This document shows positions 61,355 through 64,000 of a stretch of 64,000 nucleotides of DNA, one piece after another. Position 1 is the stretch's first letter. Each line of letters opens with the position of its first letter. Under the pieces are notes generated by a model, which had not been told where the DNA came from, searched no databases, and saw only the letters and a program-made list of their open reading frames with translations. The translations under genes and the position numbers were made by a program. This stretch comes from Micrococcales bacterium (GTDB lineage: Bacteria > Actinomycetota > Actinomycetes > Actinomycetales > Microbacteriaceae), in assembly GCA_947454255.1 (NCBI GenBank), contig CANGIU010000003.1, positions 27,845 to 91,844 of the forward strand, written 5' to 3'.

Positions 61355-62428
61355 CTACTCCCCAGTATTTTGAGTTGCTAGAACCCATTCGTTTAGTTTT
61401 GCAATTGCTCTGCCGTCGTTTGTTGCAGTTCTTGCCAACTTGTAAGCTTTTGCCAATTCGGTTCTTAGGTCAAAGTCTCCAGATGACTTACTCAGCTCGT
61501 AGGCAGCCATACCCGCGGCCGCGTTTAAAGCCACAATGTCCAAGATTGCATTCTGCTCCCCCGTGAGCCTTGAATCTGGGCTCAGAACCAGCCTGGCAGT
61601 TTCAGCGTTGGCAATTGAATCCCCGCCAATCAGATCGGATACTTTGGCTATGGAAATACCCATTTCGGCAGGTTCAAAGGTTTCTTGAGTTACTTTGCCG
61701 CCAGAAACCAGCCAGATTGTGCTTGGACCCGTGGTTGTTAGTTCGTCTAGACCATCAGAACCCCTAAAAACAAGGGCAGAACGCCCTCTATTGGCCATTT
61801 CTGAGGCTAAAAGTGGGGCAATTTGAGCGTTTGAGACCCCCAGGGCAGTTGCTACAGGTTGAACGGGGTTGGCTAATGGGCCGAGGTAGTTGAAAGTTGT
61901 CGGAATGCCTAATTCACGCCTAATTGCGCCAACATTCTTCAAAGCTGGGTGAAAAAGTGGTGCAAAGAAGAAGGAAATCCCTGTTTTAGCAAAAACAGCC
62001 GCAATCTGATCAGGGTTTAGCTCAAGATTGACCCCTAGCGCTTCCAACATCTCCGATGACCCAGTTTTGCCTGAGGCAGAGCGAGAACCATGTTTTAGCA
62101 CCGGGTAACCACAAGCTGCCACCAAGATTGCTGCCATGGTAGAAATGTTTACGGTGCCTAACTGATCTCCCCCCGTTCCAACGATGTCAATGGCATCTGA
62201 GGTAAGAGGTGGTTTAACGGCATGTTCAAGCAAGATATCAACAAAACCAGATAGTTCTGAGACACTTTCACCTTTGGTTCTAATTGCAAGCAGAAATCCG
62301 CCGACCTGGGCAGGGCTCGCTTCGTTAGAAATAATTTGCTCCATTGCCCACCGAGCTTCAGTTACATTCAAGTCCTCTCGAAGGACAAGTTTGTTGAAAA
62401 TTATTTTCCAACTCAGCTCAGGGTTCAT
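61355..62428 (-). CDS. trpD: Anthranilate phosphoribosyltransferase
   Basis: DIVGTGGD motif, KHGSRSASGKTGS and a conserved C-terminal half. Divergent from ctaE as in mycobacteria. Confidence 0.93.
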   Translation of the reverse strand: MNPELSWKIIFNKLVLREDLNVTEARWAMEQIISNEASPAQVGGFLLAIRTKGESVSELSGFVDILLEHAVKPPLTSDAIDIVGTGGDQLGTVNISTMAAILVAACGYPVLKHGSRSASGKTGSSEMLEALGVNLELNPDQIAAVFAKTGISFFFAPLFHPALKNVGAIRRELGIPTTFNYLGPLANPVQPVATALGVSNAQIAPLLASEMANRGRSALVFRGSDGLDELTTTGPSTIWLVSGGKVTQETFEPAEMGISIAKVSDLIGGDSIANAETARLVLSPDSRLTGEQNAILDIVALNAAAGMAAYELSKSSGDFDLRTELAKAYKLARTATNDGRAIAKLNEWVLATQNTGE

Positions 62429-62530
62429 TGCTTCAGTTTAGCCATTGTGTGCAGAAAAATTCTCAATAAAATCCGCACCGCCAAGGGCGTTTGAAGCAAT
62501 TGTAACGATTTGGGATTGTAGGATAAGTAC

Positions 62531-63148
62531 ATGACAACCGCTCCCCTAGCTCACGGTCAAATCCATCGCCCAAGTGCCACTTCAGTTGGCACAATCGTGT
62601 GGCTGGGCAGTGAAGTTATGTTCTTTGCGGCGCTATTTGCTATGTATTTCAGCCTTCGTGCCAACTCCCCTGAGATCTGGTCTGCGGACACTGAAAAACT
62701 CGATGTCCGGTTTGCGCTTATCAACACCTTGATCCTTGTAGCATCCTCATTCACGGCTCAATTTGGCGTGTTTGCTGCTGAACGAATGCAGCCTAGGGCT
62801 ACCGGTAAGTCTCCTTTCAAATGGGGCATGGTTGAGTGGTTCTTCCTGAGTTATGTTCTTGGAGCAATCTTCGTATCTGGCCAGGTCTGGGAATATTCAA
62901 ACCTGATTAGTGAAGGCGTTTCCCTATCTAGCAACAGCTACGGTTCTTCTTTTTACATCACCACTGGATTCCACGCATTGCACGTGACCGGCGGTCTGAT
63001 TGCCTTCCTTTTTGTTATTGGTAGATCTTTCGCGGCTAAGAAATTTGGCCACAAGGAAGCCACCGCGGCCATCGTTGTCTCGTATTACTGGCACTTTGTG
63101 GACGTTGTCTGGATTGGCCTTTTCCTAATCATTTACGTTTTGAAATAA
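62531..63148 (+). CDS. ctaE: Cytochrome c oxidase (aa3) subunit III
   Basis: 205 aa with five TM helices. [10 protein letters not shown] and YWHFVDVVW motifs. Confidence 0.92.
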   Translation: MTTAPLAHGQIHRPSATSVGTIVWLGSEVMFFAALFAMYFSLRANSPEIWSADTEKLDVRFALINTLILVASSFTAQFGVFAAERMQPRATGKSPFKWGMVEWFFLSYVLGAIFVSGQVWEYSNLISEGVSLSSNSYGSSFYITTGFHALHVTGGLIAFLFVIGRSFAAKKFGHKEATAAIVVSYYWHFVDVVWIGLFLIIYVLK

Positions 63149-63168
63149 TCAGAGGGCAAATCACACAC

Positions 63169-63966
63169 ATGACTAAGTTCAAGAAAAAAGTAAACGGCAT
63201 GCGTAGAAGCCCGATGGCACTCGGTGTTATTTTGTTTGCTGGTTTACTTGCTGTTGGAACTGGGTACTCTGCCGTAAATGCTGCGGTCTCCCCTAAGTCA
63301 CAAACTCATCATTCCGCTGAGGAAATCGCGCTGGGTAAGCAACTTTTTCTTTCAAACTGTGCTTCTTGTCACGGTAAAAATGCAGAGGGAACGGCAAATG
63401 CACCGAGCCTTATTGGTGTTGGTGAAGCCTCAGTGGATTTCCAAGTTTCCACCGGACGTATGCCAGGTGCTGCTAGCGGACCGCAATTGCAAGTGAAGCC
63501 GGTTCAGTTCACAGAAGAGCAGATTTCAGCACTGGCCGCCTACGTAGGATCTCTTGCCGAGGGTCCTGCAATTCCAGATCAAAGTATTTTGCAGTTAACT
63601 GGCGATAAAAATAATGGCGGTGAGCTTTTCAGAATCAACTGTGCAATGTGTCACAACGCTGCTGGAGCAGGTGGTGCTCTGACCCAAGGTAAGTACGCAC
63701 CAAACTTGATGGGTTCTTCTGCAAAGACAATCTACGAAGCTATGGTTACTGGCCCTCAGAACATGCCCGTGTTCAATGATGAGAACATCACACCAAAAGA
63801 AAAGAATGACATCATCACTTACCTTTCTTATCTGCAGACCAATAAGTCTGTCGGTGGTGATGACTTGGGAAATCTTGGTCCTGTGGTCGAAGGACTATTG
63901 GCTTGGTTAGGACTACTCGGATTAATTGTTGCCATCACCGTATGGCTTGGCGCTAAATCGAACTAA
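63169..63966 (+). CDS. qcrC: Cytochrome bc1 complex diheme cytochrome c subunit
   Basis: Two heme-c boxes, CASCHG and CAMCHN, with an N-terminal signal/TM segment and a C-terminal TM anchor. Follows ctaE as in other actinobacteria. Confidence 0.9.
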   Translation: MTKFKKKVNGMRRSPMALGVILFAGLLAVGTGYSAVNAAVSPKSQTHHSAEEIALGKQLFLSNCASCHGKNAEGTANAPSLIGVGEASVDFQVSTGRMPGAASGPQLQVKPVQFTEEQISALAAYVGSLAEGPAIPDQSILQLTGDKNNGGELFRINCAMCHNAAGAGGALTQGKYAPNLMGSSAKTIYEAMVTGPQNMPVFNDENITPKEKNDIITYLSYLQTNKSVGGDDLGNLGPVVEGLLAWLGLLGLIVAITVWLGAKSN

Positions 63967-64000
63967 GAAGAAAGACTAAAGTGAGCGAAGATTCAAAGGA

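Noticed and set aside
63981-64000. A GTG at 63981 that may be the start of qcrA (Rieske subunit), as expected after qcrC.
   Set aside because: Only about 6 codons are visible. Synteny suggests it, but the sequence cannot support a feature call.

Overview
This window is a very densely packed stretch of core chromosome. Most gaps are 0-100 nt and many junctions overlap by 1-4 nt. It appears to come from a genome-streamlined member of the Actinomycetota with moderate to low GC (about 45-53% in spot checks by eye). Lineage-diagnostic genes are whiA, two rbpA-family genes, opcA, pafB/pafC, a PAC2 gene, lnt-ppm1, diheme qcrC and a mabA/inhA-type fabG-fabI pair. Gene order is: polA(partial)-HPr-rpsA-coaE-uvrB-uvrA-uvrC-rapZ-whiA-sodA-gap-pgk-tpiA-secG-rbpA-like; then on the minus strand tkt-tal-pgi-zwf-opcA-pgl; ctaB; ctaA-photolyase (minus); sufB-sufD-Rieske-sufC-sufT; bioY; an ABC-F ATPase; a type-1 rhodopsin; SURF1/DUF3099; fabG-fabI; serB; an ABC ATPase; rpmE2; a DEDDh exonuclease; hydrolase-GT4; phosphatase-sirtuin; tRNA-Leu(GAG); uppP; PAC2; HAD-trmI; an FKBP lipoprotein; pafB-pafC-tatA-tatC-helY-lnt-ppm1; rbpA; GDPD; a YczE-like protein and a NUDIX hydrolase; trpD; ctaE-qcrC. 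I call about 66 protein genes, one tRNA and three convincing intrinsic terminators. I see no rRNA, CRISPR array, IS element, integrase or phage genes. I did not find a convincing novel multi-gene system such as a defence island, and I prefer to say so. The items most worth a second look are: (1) a short DTE-motif rhodopsin with atypical helix B/C features, a perfect 16-bp palindrome upstream and no retinal pathway in the window; (2) clean, scarless absence of modules expected from actinobacterial synteny, namely mpa-dop-pup-prcBA-pafA, yvcK/cuvA and sufR/sufS/sufU, while their partner genes remain; (3) a recurrent 4-nt stop/stop overlap (CTAA or TTAG) at 6 of 10 convergent gene junctions; (4) a photolyase translationally coupled to ctaA, a contiguous uvrBAC cluster and two zinc-ribbon RbpA paralogues. 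All functional calls rest on motif recognition by eye and on remembered synteny. No database search was run.
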